A stretch of DNA of 64,000 nt from positions 14,880,001-14,944,000 of the forward strand of contig CM059448.1 of NCBI GenBank assembly GCA_030390025.1, read 5' to 3'. The translations under genes were made by a program, and so were the position numbers. Shown here in pieces: positions 24,315 through 38,204 of this stretch; the first letter of the stretch is position 1, and each line of letters starts with the position of its first letter. Origin of the DNA: Squalus acanthias. Its lineage: Eukaryota. The notes below the pieces were generated by a model, which saw only the letters and a program-made list of their open reading frames with translations, had not been told where the DNA came from and did not search any database.

Positions 24315-24984
24315 CTTTTTAACTACTAATGTGAGTCTTGTAGTTTCCTTAACTTTCAGAGCTAAAGTGCCAAGTATGACACACAAGAAAAACTGGCTCT
24401 CAATCTGTTGCTACCCTGGAGATAAATGTGGCTCTTGATGGGAAGCCACAAATTAACAGTGGTGTTGAAGAATGCAGAGGAGTCTGCTACTCATTCACTC
24501 ACCATCCCAGTGGAAAGAATACAAGTGCCGGTGACTCACCATGGAGGGGGTCATGGGGAATGAAGAGAGGTGAAGTACAAGAATAAAACAGTAAAACATC
24601 CAACCCTGGGCAAGCAGAAAAGGGCACACACTAGTTCCAGGTTATTTTCTGAATGAACTGACAACCATGAGCTGCGAAAAGGTCACAGATTAAAATGGAT
24701 TTACTGAGAGATTCTTTGAAGTAATGCTTATGCCTTGCCACTAAAATAAATTTTCTTTGACTTTAAGGCCAGCTGACTATTGTCTATCTTATAAAACAGA
24801 CTGCAATTCAACATAAGCAGGCAGCAGCTGGCTTCATATTGTGAAACTTTAATACAGGAAACCTCGTCAGGACAGTTTTGAAAAGCAAGTACTCCAAAAT
24901 AAGATAAGTCACAGCAGAGATAAGTTAAGTCAAGTCACAAAGAAAAATGTATTTACATGAAACCGTTTAACTTCCTGCATTTCT

Positions 24985-25500
24985 GATATACTTGCCATAG
25001 AGGGAGTGCAGCGAAGGTTCACCATACTGGTTCCTGGGATGGGGGGGGGATTGTCTGATGAGGACAGATTGATTAGACAAGGCCTATATTCTCTGGAGTT
25101 TAGAAGAATGAGAGGTGATCTCATTGAAACATACAAAATTCTTACAGGGCTTGACAGGATAGATGCAGGGAGGATGCTTGCCCTGGCTGGGGAGTCGAGA
25201 ACCAGGGGTCACAGTCTCAGAATAAGAGGTCGGCCATTTAGGACTGAGATGAGGAGAAATTTCTTCAGTCAGAGGGTGGTGAATCTTTGGAATTCTCTAC
25301 CCCAGAGGGCTGTGGAGGCTCAGTCATTGAGTATATTCAAGACAGAGATCAATACATTTTTGAATATTAAGGGAATCAAGGGATATGGGGATAGTTCAGG
25401 AAAGTGGAGATGAGGTAGAAGATCAGCCATGATCTTACTGAATGGCAGAGCAGGCTCGAAGGGCCAAATGGCCGACTCCTGCTCCTATTTCTTATGTATT
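24985..25500 (+). mobile_element. CR1/HER1 LINE 3' end
   Basis: Near-identical to 280-780. Confidence 0.92.
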
Positions 25501-25782
25501 CACAGCCAATGCAAAGACAAATAGTAGACAGCTGACAGAAAAAAAACAAGCATTCACACAGCACCTTATCACATCCTTGGGACATCCCAAAGCACTTTAC
25601 AGCCAATATAATACTTTTATCACGTACGTGATGAGCACATCTTGGGATTTCTCTGGAATTGACAGCGTTCTAGATGTGTCATAAAAGCTTAAAATGGCTA
25701 CATTTGCATCCTTAAAGACTCTCCAGCCAAGCGGGTAGTACAGTGTGGTAGTGTGCCAATATGGTACACCATAAAGTGGCAG

Positions 25783-26226
25783 AACAACATCTTGCATTTA
25801 TATAGCACCTTTAACATAGTAAAACGTCCCATGGCGTTTCACAGGAGCGTTATTGAACAAAATTTGACACCGAGCCACATAAGGAGATATTAGGGCAGGA
25901 AGAGGTAGGTTTTGAGGAGCAGCTTAAAAGGAGGGGAGAGAGAGGTAGAGAGGCAAAGAGGCTTAGAGAGGGAATTCCAGAGCTTAGGGCATAGGCAGCT
26001 GAAGGTACAGCTGGCAATGGTGGAGCAATTAAAATCGGGGATGTGCACAGAGATAGGGAGGGGCGAGGCCATGGAGGGATTTGAAAACAAGGATGAGAAT
26101 TTTAAAATTGAGGCGTTGCCAGACCGGGAGCCAATGTAGGTCAGCAAGCACAGGGGCGATGGGTGAATGGGACTTGGTGCGAATTAGGACACGGGCAGCA
26201 GAGTTTTGGATAAGCTGAAGTTTATG
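25783..26226 (-). mobile_element. L2 LINE 3' fragment
   Basis: Tail ttgcatttatatagcacc; minus frame PKLWNSL..FKLLLKTYLF. Confidence 0.75.
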
Positions 26227-26766
26227 ACACCCGACATTCCCTATAGATTCGGCTCCTAGTCTCAGGCTACCACAGGGGAAAGGTGCTAAGAGGAGGCAAG
26301 ACAGCTCTCACCAGAGAAGATTTCTAACATAGTCTCTCTGGGAAATATAACCCTTTGGAAATGTTCTTTCCTTCTTTTAATTTTTTTTTACTTACTACAG
26401 GAACTTAAATACTTAGACTTAATACAGATAATAGCAGTAAAAAAATTGTGATAACATTAGTCAACAAGCAGGTTGCAGAGAAATTTCAAGCTTTAAAAGT
26501 ACTCTGGAGAATTTCTCAAAACTTCTAATATTGTTGTAAATAGGAACCCAAAACTAATCACATTTGGGTGAAGGAGGTAGAAAAACCAATGCTGTTTAGA
26601 AGCCAGCACGAGAGGCGCCAGTTGTGATTTCCCTCCCTTTCACTCTTCTTAACTCCCCACCATCCATCAGATAACATTCATTTCTGCTATCACACACATA
26701 CCCACAAGAAAGTGTGATCAGAGGTGCGACAGAGGACAAAGATCAATTATAGTATAATGATCATAC

Positions 26767-26895
26767 CAGGTAGACATGCTCAAATATCTCGGTTGGGTTG
26801 TCCATCTGCCTCAAGATTACAATCATCTCGTTATCAATGTACTCTTTAAATTCTCTCAAGTTACAGACCATCTGCATCTCCAATTCTGTGCGAAT
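26767..26895 (-). CDS. SSH2: SSH2 exon 10 equivalent: IRTELEMQMVCNLREFKEYIDNEMIVILRQMDNPTEIFEHVYL
   Basis: 129 nt, phase 0-0, gcag/gtatga. Confidence 0.95.
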
Positions 26896-27491
26896 CTGCA
26901 ATGAATACAACAATTAGCTATTGAGACTCATGCATTTTACACAAGGCAAAAACCAATCAGCAGTTAAATAACGCAGGGTCAGAAAATTCTTTACTGGTAA
27001 CCAGACTAATGAAACATCAGATTTGGTAGCCCAGTAAAACTATTTTTTCAGTCCAAGTCAAGACAGTTCATTCGATCTTTCATTTAAAAATCGGCAACCA
27101 CCCTTATTTGGAGTCATATTTCAGAATGGAGAGTTACCATATGGAAACCATATGTTCTGCACTGGAAGATGAAATTGAACCCAATCTCCAAACAGTTAAA
27201 ATTGGGCTAGCTGGTTATTACACAGAGACAAGCAAGTGTACATTGCATCAGTAAGAATCTTGGACAAGGTAAAAATGCAAAAGCAAACTTCTAAAATTAA
27301 GTATCCCAATCATTATTTTTATATATTTTTTAAAGTTACGTCACCTTAAGACCTCAAATTGCAAAACATTTGGGTTTTGAAGTTATTTCTCCATTTTATT
27401 TGCATGGTATTAAAAAATGTCAGCCAATGAATATCAATTCAGAATCTATTGTGAATCCTGTCGATTTTCTTTAGCAAGGGTATACACCTAC

Positions 27492-27585
27492 CTCTTTTGA
27501 TGTGACGTTCTCCAAATCCTTCTGCATCATGATCTCTCGAAGTTTAGACTTGATTAGTCTTTCAGTCAGTTCTCGCTCTGTTGGT
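27492..27585 (-). CDS. SSH2: SSH2 exon 9 equivalent: PTERELTERLIKSKLREIMMQKDLENVTSKE (DEK-C-like region)
   Basis: 94 nt, ttacag/gtaggt, in phase. Confidence 0.95.
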
Positions 27586-28212
27586 CTGTAAGTGACACAA
27601 ATACAATAATTATAGTTTTGTTGGAAAGAAACATTATGAGTACAACATAAAAGTCAGCTTTCAAACTGAAGGTCATATTTCCTGGTTAACCTCAACTAAC
27701 AGTTGCTCTACAATGTCATTTATTTTTAAGATCACATCCCCCACTTAAAATTATTCTAATACAGTAATAAATAATAGGACCATGAAAGGGCAAGAAAGAT
27801 GCATCTTACTCCAGGGCAGGACAATATTCACATGTACACATCAACTCTCATTGTTTTCAGCAACAAAGTTCAACTGGGAATTGCCTTCACAACCTTCACC
27901 GTATCAATAAAAACTATTCCTTGGAACTTTATTTTTTAAATTCAGCTAATCAAAATGCTAAAATGTATATGATATAAAAACAGTTTCCTGAGATGGTGTT
28001 TCTAGATTACAGAAAATGCATGTTAGCCTTTATTACGGTGAAGAGATTTCAAGAGCAAATCTACATTTCCAATCTGTAACTCCGGAGAAGTTTGTTGAAA
28101 TTTGCAAAACCGAATGGAGTGGATAATATGCATCAGATGAATCCCCAACTGTGGTAAAAATTACTCATTTGATGGCCTGGTTACTAATTGAATGTCATAT
28201 TTTAAATATTAA

Positions 28213-28920
28213 AACTTGCATTTATATAGCACCTTTAATGTAGAAATGCATCCTAAGGCACAAAGATGCAAGGAAAATAAAGACCCCCAAACCAAAGGAG
28301 GAAATATTAGAAGAGGTGACCAACAGCTTGGCTAAAGAAGGGATTTGAAGGGGGAGATGAGGTAGAAAAGCAAAGGGGTTTAGGGAGTTAATTCCAGAGC
28401 AAGAGACCTAGGCAACTGAAAGCATGGCTGCCAATGGTGGGGATGGTGTGGGAGGGGAGGGGGAATAGCACAAAAAACTAAGTCAAAGCAACAAGAATTT
28501 GGGGGCAGGGAGTTGTAGAGTTGGATGAGGTTAAAGAGGTAGTGAGGGGTGAGACTAAGGAAAGACTGAAACACAGAGGGGAATTTTAACTTTCAGATGT
28601 TGGGGACTAGGAGCTAATGTAGGTCAGCGAGGACAAGGGTGATGGGCAAGTGGTGCCTGGTGTAGGATAGGATGCGGGCAACAGAGTTTTGAATGAGCTG
28701 AGATGTACAGAGGATGAAGAATACAGGCCAGCTCGAAGAATACTGGAATATCCGAATCTGGAGGTGACAAGGCATGGATGAGAGTTTCAGCAGCAGATGG
28801 TTGGAGGTAGCGGAAAAGGTGGACAATGTTACAGAAGTCAAAGTAGGTGGTCTTTGTCTTATTACGCTCCTATGAAGTGCCTTGGGATGTTTTCCTAAGC
28901 CATATAAATAGTTGTTGTAT
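28213..28920 (-). mobile_element. Decayed L2 LINE 3' fragment
   Basis: Same tail as 25783; QLIQNSVARIL..ITLVLADLH motif. Confidence 0.7.
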
Positions 28921-31303
28921 TTTTGTCTGGTCCCTGGACAGAGTAACCACAATGGTTTAGTATTTTAATAAACACGTTATTTCACCTATTATTTTTAACT
29001 ATTAATCACATACATAGATGAAAGGGGGGGCTTTAACATACCGAGTCTCAAGACCTCTTCTACACACAAGCTATACGAAAACATTTGGAGGGCTTGACTG
29101 GTTTGATCTGTGCCATCTTCCCAGAATGTTGGAAATACTGTCATTGAACACTGCAATTTTAATCTGAATCTCTATATTTTAAGCTACCCATATTGCATCT
29201 GTTCACCTGCCATAGAAAGGTTGCACCATCAGCTTCCTAATAAGGTAGCAACTGGATGGTGTCTGTAAGTCAGTGGTTATCTGCAGTGCCCAACTTCTTA
29301 TCACGGTTAGTAAAAATAGTCTTCTTAATCAACAAAGACTGTCAGACGGGAGCCTATCTTCTGGACCAGTTAGTATCAACATGTTCAGATGTGAGACATG
29401 AAAGGTTTTGATTATCAGGTCATTTTTTTTTAATGTAATTTTGCACAAAAATTTATGCAGCAAAATAAATGGAGAAAAAAAACTTCAACCAACAATGTTT
29501 TGTTTCCTACTCAGCTATTTCAGGTTTACCAGAATAATTTTAACAGCCAACCACTCAGTGGAAGAACTTCAACTAGCCTAACAAAAAGAATTAAGACAAA
29601 GATGTGTAATGGATATTGGTGGTAATACATGACTACATTTTATTTCTATTTGATCAGACTGCTGTACAAGGTGTCAGCAGAAACACAGTTGTAGGACAGG
29701 AAAACCGGTTTTATTTGCTATATAGTGGGAAGCAGTTTTTAATTATATAGCTAATGTGCATTATAGAATTTTTAATCTTTTCAGGGTTTCCCCAGAAACA
29801 TTTCAGAGGTTGGCCTGGTGTATGGAATGGGAACGCTCCCAAGAAACCAAAGCAGGTGCAACTTTTGGTTCAAAGCAGCAGGTGACAAATTCAAAATGAC
29901 TGGTGTGACCTCGCACCCAATGGTAATTGGCCGATGAATAGCTTCATTCAGTTATGGGTAAAAAAAAAAAAGGCTGCAAATCAAACAGAAAATGCTAGAA
30001 TTGTACAGCATGCCCATCAGCATCTGAAACAGCTAAGTTAACTGGGTTCTGATGAGGGGAACATAACATATGCCTGCATGACGGGCACTGCATTTCAACA
30101 TAATTCACTACATGTGAAGTGCTTGGTGATGTTTTAGACAGACAGGATATAAGGCTATAGAAAAGAAAGACATTTTAATCCATCAATACAGCAATCTTAC
30201 TTGTATATACCTCCCTGTCCCAAGTACAAATTTAAGATCTATAGGTCATTGTTAAAAGGAAAGCAAGGGCAACATGAAGTCTTTAAAATCAGATGTAGTA
30301 AAATGTACAGATAGGAGCTCATTAATGATGTGTAACGGTCACATAAAAACACAACTGTAATCCCCCCAACCAGGCCTAAACCATGACCACCCATGAATCC
30401 TGCTGATTGTTATAATCAGGTCCCGTCTACCTGTTTAACCAGTATGTACATATTGGATACCTTGCCATTACTTTAAACCTTGGGTTGCAGTGCTAATTCT
30501 TCCCAAGTACTCCAGAATGTGCCCATCTCTTTTCTTCTTCTATATTTACAGGCGATGCAATTATTGCAAACAGAAAAATGTAACCATTGTGGCTTCAAAA
30601 AGACACATAATATTGAACATGTATGCAAAACACTGTACAAAATAGTTTACAGTGCTATCCTATTCCATTCTTCCCTTTTATCTCAATGAAATGGCATAAT
30701 GGCTGCAGCCCTTTAGAAGGAAAACATCTTGTGGTGCATTCCAGTTCTAAAATAAAGTTCACAAGTAAACTCTATGGACTAAAATTGAAGTTTTAAAAGC
30801 AAAAATCATTATGTATAAGGTCTCATCAGGGCTAAGGATCCCTCCTTTTGACTGCAACACTTCAGGAGAGAATTTAATCAGATATAAATGTCTAGGGATG
30901 AAAATCAAAACTTCTGTCTACTGAAGCATTTGTGTCTACATGCTACTATAGTGATAATAAAAGTTATGCTGATTCAAATTCTTTATTAAAGGCTGGAGGG
31001 AAAAATTCCCAGTACTTCCTCAACTGAAATAGTTAAAACCATAGAAGTTGACAGCACTGAAAGAGGCCATTTGATTCATTGTGCCTGTGCTGGTCTTGGC
31101 TGGAAAAATCCAAAACTAAACCCACTGCCCTGCTCTAGGAACACAGGAACAGGAATAGGCCACTTAGCCCCTCAAGCTTGTGCTGTCATTCAATTAGCTC
31201 ATGGCTCAATTAGATCAAGTAGATGCTAACCTAACCCCACGGCACTAAAAGGCTTTTACAGGATGCTGGGGCCTCAAAGATACAGTAATAGGAATGCACA
31301 TAC

Positions 31304-31498
31304 ATTTCAGCAAAAAGGACAGGTGAATCAGAGCGATGAGACTGCACATCCTGCATAGCATTCCACTCATTAACGAAGGACTGGTTGGAATTGATACGGC
31401 TCTCATAATAACTAATCCACGTTAGGTACAGACTCCCGGGGTAGTAGTTGTGCGTCCTGGCAATCTCACAGGCTTTGTGCAAACTCTGCAAAGCTGAC
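31304..31498 (-). CDS. SSH2: SSH2 exon 8 equivalent: SALQSLHKACEIARTHNYYPGSLYLTW...SDSPVLFAE
   Basis: 195 nt, tttcag/gtatgt; overlaps ORF 31231-31491. Confidence 0.95.
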
Positions 31499-32092
31499 CT
31501 GAAAATAAAAATAATTCACACAGTTGGTGTCACACATCAAAAAAGTTTTTCCATAAGACTATTCTGTGCTTAATAAATGAGGCTGTTTTGACAGCAGGGA
31601 TAACAAAGGATTAATTTAGCTGTACACATTTACCAATATCTACCAAAGCAAGTGCATTTTTGATGTTAGAATGACTACTGCATTTTTACATTTGATTATG
31701 ATGCCAAATGAGAAAAATAGCTAGTAAACATGAAGCTTTTGGCTGCAACATTTAAACAATGCACAATGAGCTATAATTGTTTCAAACCAGTCAGAACATA
31801 GCTAAAATTCACAAATAACATGAACTTCTGGTCTTCACATGTACTAGCTTACAGATTTCCTCACAACCAAACTAACAGAGCTTGCTGGCTTTTGCCACGC
31901 TTATCTTCAGCACCATATCTCTTTCTGTAGCCATACAAAATTATGCAACCATTTGTCATTTGCATGTTATTTGAGAATACATGGTCATCTTTTAGCTGAA
32001 ACAGCACAGCAATGGAACTTTAAAATTCATTAACAAACTGGTGCTGGAGAAAACCTGCAGAAAAATAGCAAAAATGTTCAGAAAGTTCTTAC

Positions 32093-32158
32093 CACATTGC
32101 CTGTACAGACACAGGCTTGAAGATGTGAATTCTGTTCACTGTCGACACACTGAATCCT
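32093..32158 (-). CDS. SSH2: SSH2 exon 7 equivalent: GFSVSTVNRIHIFKPVSVQAMW
   Basis: 66 nt, aag/gtaag; conserved HIFKPVSVQAMW. Confidence 0.95.
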
Positions 32159-32368
32159 CTTGGGAGGGAAAGAAAAGCAGAAAAAACATTTGAAGTTATT
32201 AAAGTTATCAGCAAAACTTAGAAAAATAAACAGGCGTAACTCAAAATGGTATGGTGACACGGTGCACCCACAATCTCAGTACAGGAAGGGCTCTGATCTG
32301 TCAACATGAGAAGTCAAGAGGGCTGAACATTTCTACAGTGGGTATAATCAAGAAAGTAAATAAATATA

Positions 32369-32550
32369 AAAGAGAGCAAGAGCGCGCCAGAGAGGAGAGA
32401 GCGCGTGAGCGAAAGAAAGAGAGAGAAAGAAATAAAGGGAGGGAGAGAGAGAAATAAAGGGAGAGCGCGCATGCGAGCGCGCAAAAGAAATAAAGAGAGA
32501 AAGAAAGGAGAGAGAGAGCACGAAGAGAGAAAAGAGATAGAGGAGGAAGT
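32369..32550. repeat. Purine (GA)-rich low-complexity tract
   Basis: Visible GA/GAAA runs. Confidence 0.85.
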
Positions 32551-33257
32551 AATAAAATACCTTTTGGGGAAAACCACACACAATAACCAATTAGTTCACA
32601 GAATTATTTTTTTTAATTGTAAAATGACAATTCATATTTACCATGGCTTTTAGGGAATAACTTCCATCTTTTGGGAGTACACAAGGTGACAATATGGCTG
32701 ATTAAGTGCCATGGTAGCAGAACAAAATGTTTAAACAAAGTAGCTGAGTTGTTTATTGTTGAAAAACTCAAATTCTGTTGGTGGTAATTATGTCATAAAT
32801 GCCATGTGGTAATATGACAGTTCTTGTATTGTGATGGGCAATGGGCTTCCATTGCTGGTTGATTACGGAGTGAATGCTGGTCACATGATTCAGTTCCTAA
32901 CCAACTACTGGCCAGTGAAGTGTTTATTAAACCAACATCTTTGGTAGGAAAATACACCAAATGTAAAAGGCTTCAGCAAGTTAATTCTGTAAACAATCGA
33001 AACTTGAGTATACAGCTAGTAATGACCATCAAGTCACTTATTTCAACTGTGGTAAAAATAAATTCCTCTCTCTTACCAATATTTTTTTTTCTTTGACCTT
33101 CTTGCCTAAAGACGGACTCAGGCTGGGTTAAAGTTTCCCAGTGGCTTCCAGTACCTTGCCTAACTGCCTCTTTTTCATGCAAATTAAAGCAGAAAATATA
33201 AATGGATTTGAGACACCATAGCTGCAAAGAGAAGGGATCGGATAGATATATAGATAT

Positions 33258-33260
<3 letters not shown>

Positions 33261-33302
<42 letters not shown>
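33261..33302. repeat. (GA)n microsatellite
   Basis: About 21 perfect GA units. Confidence 0.95.
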
Positions 33303-33305
<3 letters not shown>

Positions 33306-33691
33306 AAAAGGAATGGTTGTTTAGGCCTAGTGGTTTTATTCCCAAGAATTCTTCTGTTCTTACGAGAGCGCCTAGACAGTGATACAAGCAGGCTGTGACA
33401 AGCCGGGTGGCGAAGAAAAAAAAAAATCAAAACCAATTCTGCCCTCATCAGATATCCACGCAGGCACACTTCCATCAGGCGCGCTTGGATAGGGCAGGAA
33501 TCCAGACTGATTTTTCTTGTCACTTTGTCTCAGATAGGCTCCTTTTATACTAATAGTAACAAATGCCTCTCCTTTGTGTTGTCTTGAAAGCAATATCTTG
33601 GAACAAGAAGAATTTTACTACTTGACATTTAGTGCTGGGTTCCCAAGGTTTTACTATTTGAGATTAGATGTTAGGTACCGAGTGTACTTAC

Positions 33692-33760
33692 CCATCACCA
33701 TCCAAATGGATCAACGTGTCACTCCATAATGGAAGAACCAGGCCCATTGTGCAAGTATTG
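33692..33760 (-). CDS. SSH2: SSH2 exon 6 equivalent: NTCTMGLVLPLWSDTLIHLDGDG
   Basis: 69 nt, gcag/gtaagt; conserved LPLWSDT..HLDGDG. Confidence 0.95.
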
Positions 33761-34043
33761 CTGCAAAGATAATGTAATCTAAAATTAGCATAGTTTCTGT
33801 ATACTATGTTGCACATTGTTTTATGCCGATATCTTCAGCAGAAAGGATTACAGAGAAGGCATAATCAATATAAGTCCATACAACTACAGTCTGTACTCAG
33901 CTCAAATACATTTGGAAAAAGTGAAAAAAACATTTAAACTAACAAGAATTAAACGACTGATATCAAGTGCTCTTGCTCTTGGATAAAAAGCCATGAGTTT
34001 AACAATGGGCTGAAGCACCTTCCACAGCACATTTTTCTCTTAC

Positions 34044-34176
34044 AAAAGCAAAATACTGCAGATGCTGGAAATCTAAAATAAAAACAGAAAATGCTGGAAA
34101 TACTCAACAGGTCAGACAGCATCTGTGGAGAGAGAAAGAGTTAACGTTTCAAGTCGATGACCGCGCGACAGAACTG
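34044..34176 (-). mobile_element. Penelope-like family A copy with mutated hammerhead core
   Basis: Matches 7957-8094; core reads CUGUCGC; degenerate duplication cattt(t/g)tctct at both flanks. Confidence 0.75.
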
Positions 34177-34699
34177 ACGGGATTTCCATTTGTCTCTTTA
34201 CCGTGTTCTGATTGTCACAGTGGAATGGTTTCAATCCTCTAATACATTTTTAAATCTTCAAGTTGAGATCAATTGTATGCAAGGCTAAATATTTGTATTG
34301 TAGGATGAGCACAGTTTTGGTGAGCTTAAGCATATCAAAACATAATTTAAGTCAGCCATTCAGCTGGAGCTGCAATGTGCCAAAGAAAAAAAATGAATGA
34401 ACTTGGTCTGAGCAAACTCCAGACGGTTTTCTCAGTGCATTACTGCTCCGACTGAATCCATAATTTTATTTTTCTTCTGCACTGGCTCGCCTAACATTGG
34501 CTTCACCCAATAGCCAGACAGCACAGAAACAATAGAGATGTAGACACAATATTTTTGAATATAGATATCTGCAGTATGCAGAAAAAACTTAAACCAGTAT
34601 ACGGAAAGTGTAGATTGCATTTATATTATATCAAATTATGTGTAATTTAACATATAACCACCACTTGTGCAGTCCAGATTTTGGAAACTGTGCTTGTGA

Positions 34700-34838
34700 N
34701 NNNNNNNNNNNNNNNNNNNNNNNNNNNNNNNNNNNNNNNNNNNNNNNNNNNNNNNNNNNNNNNNNNNNNNNNNNNNNNNNNNNNNNNNNNNNNNNNNNNN
34801 NNNNNNNNNNNNNNNNNNNNNNNNNNNNNNNNNNNNNN
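34700..34838. other. Assembly gap
   Basis: Run of N. Confidence 1.
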
Positions 34839-36298
34839 AACAGAAATAACTTGTGTTGACTGCACAAGATGACCTCATGGAAAGTTTTATAAAAAGCTCC
34901 CCATGATCATAGGATATTCTTAGGTCCTCCCCCAGCTACATGCTCAAGCCATTTCTAAATGCACCCTGTAACAGAATGGCACACAAGAACCACCATCTTC
35001 AAACATTGAACTATAAAGAGTGTGTGTTGTCTTGTTTACATAGCAACAAGCAGGCATTCATCAGCATGAACCTGACAGATACAATGCTAGTTATTTGCTT
35101 GATCATAAGATCTGAGGTTTATTAGAGAAGTGTTGCATACTGTCACATTGGCAAACAGCTACAGCAGGAAGGTCTTTAAAACAGCATTTTCAGCCTTACA
35201 ACAGGACATCATTGATAAAAGCCTCTATCTGCCCATTGACTATGAAAACCTATAAATGTGTGCAGGGAACATGAGCTGATATAACAATGCAAAGCATATT
35301 ATTCAAACAAGGTTACTTTTGTCAAGTGCAATTTTATTTTTTTTCCTTGTGATATAACACATTAAGAGTTCTTCTTTAGATATCCTTTGTTGGTGATATC
35401 TTAACCCGGCTTTTTGAAGCAATATTTAGCATTTTATGAATAAAAGTTTAATGTTCTAGTGCAGAGATTAATTGATAATAAGTCAGTTAAAATCTTAAGG
35501 TTCATACCCAAACTACATTATTAAAAAAAGTGCAGTTTGGTTTCTTGCAGTATATCTGAAGGTTATTTTAAACTGGTTACAGTAATCTCATCACAGATGG
35601 GATTGCATCCATCACTAAGAATATTGAAAATGATTTTTGGGCAAATTTATTAATTGAGAGATGCTGCAATTTGAAAATAGATATTACAACACAAAAAAAA
35701 CAAAAATGTTAAATAATTGCTGGCTAAAAAATGCAACATGCTCAACAGGTGCATAAGTCTAAATAAACTCAGGAGAGACACACACAAACCACCATGCGAG
35801 AGGGACAGAAAGAATTTGGACAGGATACGTTACAACCCATTAATCATGGGCATCAGTTTAAAAAAATGAGGAAGTGGGATATCCAAATGATCAAATAATG
35901 GCTAAAACCATATTCATTACTTCCCAATATTATGTTGGCAAAAAAAGCATTTAAATTATAAAACAAATCCTTTTACTGACAAAACTAACAACAAAAGCAT
36001 TTCCTGCATGAATAAACTAATTTAATTAATACAAAAACAAGCATTATGTAAAACAACAAGGAATCAGTTACAAGGCAGCAGTTCCAGCAAAGAGCTCAGA
36101 TGATATAAAATGTGACAGCAAAACTCTTATGGTTAATCATGTTCTCTGAATCCCTCAAAGTAATTATTCTGCAGTATATATTTCATAATTTATTTCAGCC
36201 TTAGATCCTCACTATATTAAATGGCAATGAAAGTTTCACCATCAGTTAACTAAGTAAGCTTATAAAATGGTAACAGTCGAAGTTTGAGGTTTTCTTAC

Positions 36299-36417
36299 CT
36301 ATCTTTGAAGAAATCCATTCCTAAAACAATACTTTCTTCCGTGTCTTGTCTGCCATTGGTGGAAACTACCACCATGTACCTAGTCAGTTCTAGATAAGCA
36401 CTTTCCAACCGTACAGC
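36299..36417 (-). CDS. SSH2: SSH2 exon 5 equivalent: AVRLESAYLELTRYMVVVSTNGRQDTEESIVLGMDFFKD
   Basis: 119 nt, cag/gtaag, in phase. Confidence 0.95.
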
Positions 36418-37028
36418 CTGAAATTATTTAAAAGAAAATAAGCTCTAAAAGAGTTGTTATTTTAAGCCTTGATTAAAGAAATCTTTACATTTTAAATTAA
36501 TTTATACATCCTCTCCCAACCTGGGGATAACTTTCGTGTATGCTGGATTATCAGTATTTATTTCACAGAGCCAGTCTGCATCAAAACAACATAGCAATAT
36601 TTTCAAACCAATCTCTGAATGCCAGTCAACTGACCTGGGACGGTTTATGGTCACCTGATCATAAAGCCAAGCTAGTTTACAGCTGTTGCCACTTATGCAA
36701 TCTATTAACTGGCTTAATTATTGTAACGCATTAAAGATCTCCAAATCCTGGTAAGTTTTCTGTTAAGATTGAATCTAAACAGTTTTTGTTCACTATGATG
36801 ATGATAAACAGAGGCATTACACTGATGTTCACACGGCATTATGTACAGTTAAAGCTTTAAGTACATCTGCAAATACTAAACATAGCAGGTATGATTCGAT
36901 GGAGCTTTTGCAAGACTGACCCGTTACAGGCCAATTTTGATTTCAATTTTGGCATGGGAACTGCAAGAATAAATATTTACAGACATAAACACAACCCTGG
37001 AATTGATCTGGAAAATATCCAGAAACAT

Positions 37029-37708
37029 GGGGGTGATTTTAACCCACCCCACTCGGCGAAACGGGGCAGCCGTGCAGGTAAATCGTCTCCAAAAACTTAC
37101 CGCCCCATTCCCTCTCCATACCTGCCAGTTTCTACCCTAACTAGGCCCTATTTTTAGCCGGGCGAGGCACCCGCCCGACATGTGGAAGCCTCATGCAAAT
37201 CAGGGTCCGATGAGGTTGTTAGAACTCCAATTGCATTTAACTGCTGATTGAGCTGGGTGCCTGCCATGTTCAGTACAATTAGTCAGCAAAAAAGTGAGGG
37301 CCCTAAAAAAGTAAGTTTTAAACTTAACTTTGCGGGGTGTGGAGGAACACTCTTACTCCTCTGGCTCCCACAAAAGGAAAGTCTGGGCCTCTGCAGTCCC
37401 AGCTCCTCCCCGCTTCCCACCGGTGAGATCCTGCCAAAACCATCCCCTGCAATGTACCTGCTCACCAGCAGACGGCCTGATCTTTGCCTATCAGCAGCTG
37501 GCCAGCTGCCTCTTTTATGCCCATTTCAGGCAGGCAGCCAGCCAGTGGGATGTAAATGAGGCCTGGGAGTGAAGATAGTCTGGGACTCAAATGAAAATAT
37601 TCTGGAGGGGAGGGGAGGGGAGGGGAGGGGGGGGGGGGGGGGTGTAGAGAATGTGTGACACTTGCCCCCTCACCTATCTGAAACCCACCCCCCATTAAAA
37701 TCCCACCC
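37029..37708. mobile_element. MITE with 14-bp imperfect terminal inverted repeats
   Basis: gggggtgattttaa / ttaaaatcccaccc (12 of 14); GC-rich interior; no clear target duplication. Confidence 0.6.
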
Positions 37709-38204
37709 AGACATTGCTGTGTATAGTAGAAGCACAGAGAGACTTGGCAACTAAAGCCCTTTATGAACACCTGCCACATCACAAGATTTATTGTAAAGTG
37801 CACTTAGTTCGCTCAGGAGCAGTTGCAAAGTAAACTTCCTAAACATCCGTACAGCAACAAGTATTATTTTTAGCTACCTATGCAACAGCGATCTTCATGC
37901 TGTATTATGCTTAAGTGAAGCGAACTAGTATAATTCACATTTAAAAGGATGGACACTTTGTGGAGCACAAGTGCAGCATTGTGGTTAAGTTGCACAGAGC
38001 AGCCTTCTTATTTTGAATGTATTTTCTACTCTTCACCCTCTCTTTGGGTTTTGCCATAAGCCATCCCTCAGCTGAGGAAATAAGACGGCTGTTTACTCTG
38101 ACTTCTGACAATGCTGATCTTGAGCTGGTTGCTAGGAGATAGAAGACAACCCTGTTTTTGATTCTCCCTCAGACTTTAAATTTCCCGCTGAGTTAGAAAG
38201 AAAG

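Noticed and set aside
32251-32653. Charged or hydrophobic ORFs
   Set aside because: Translations of a GA-rich low-complexity tract
34631-34878. ORFs in several frames
   Set aside because: Artefacts of the N gap
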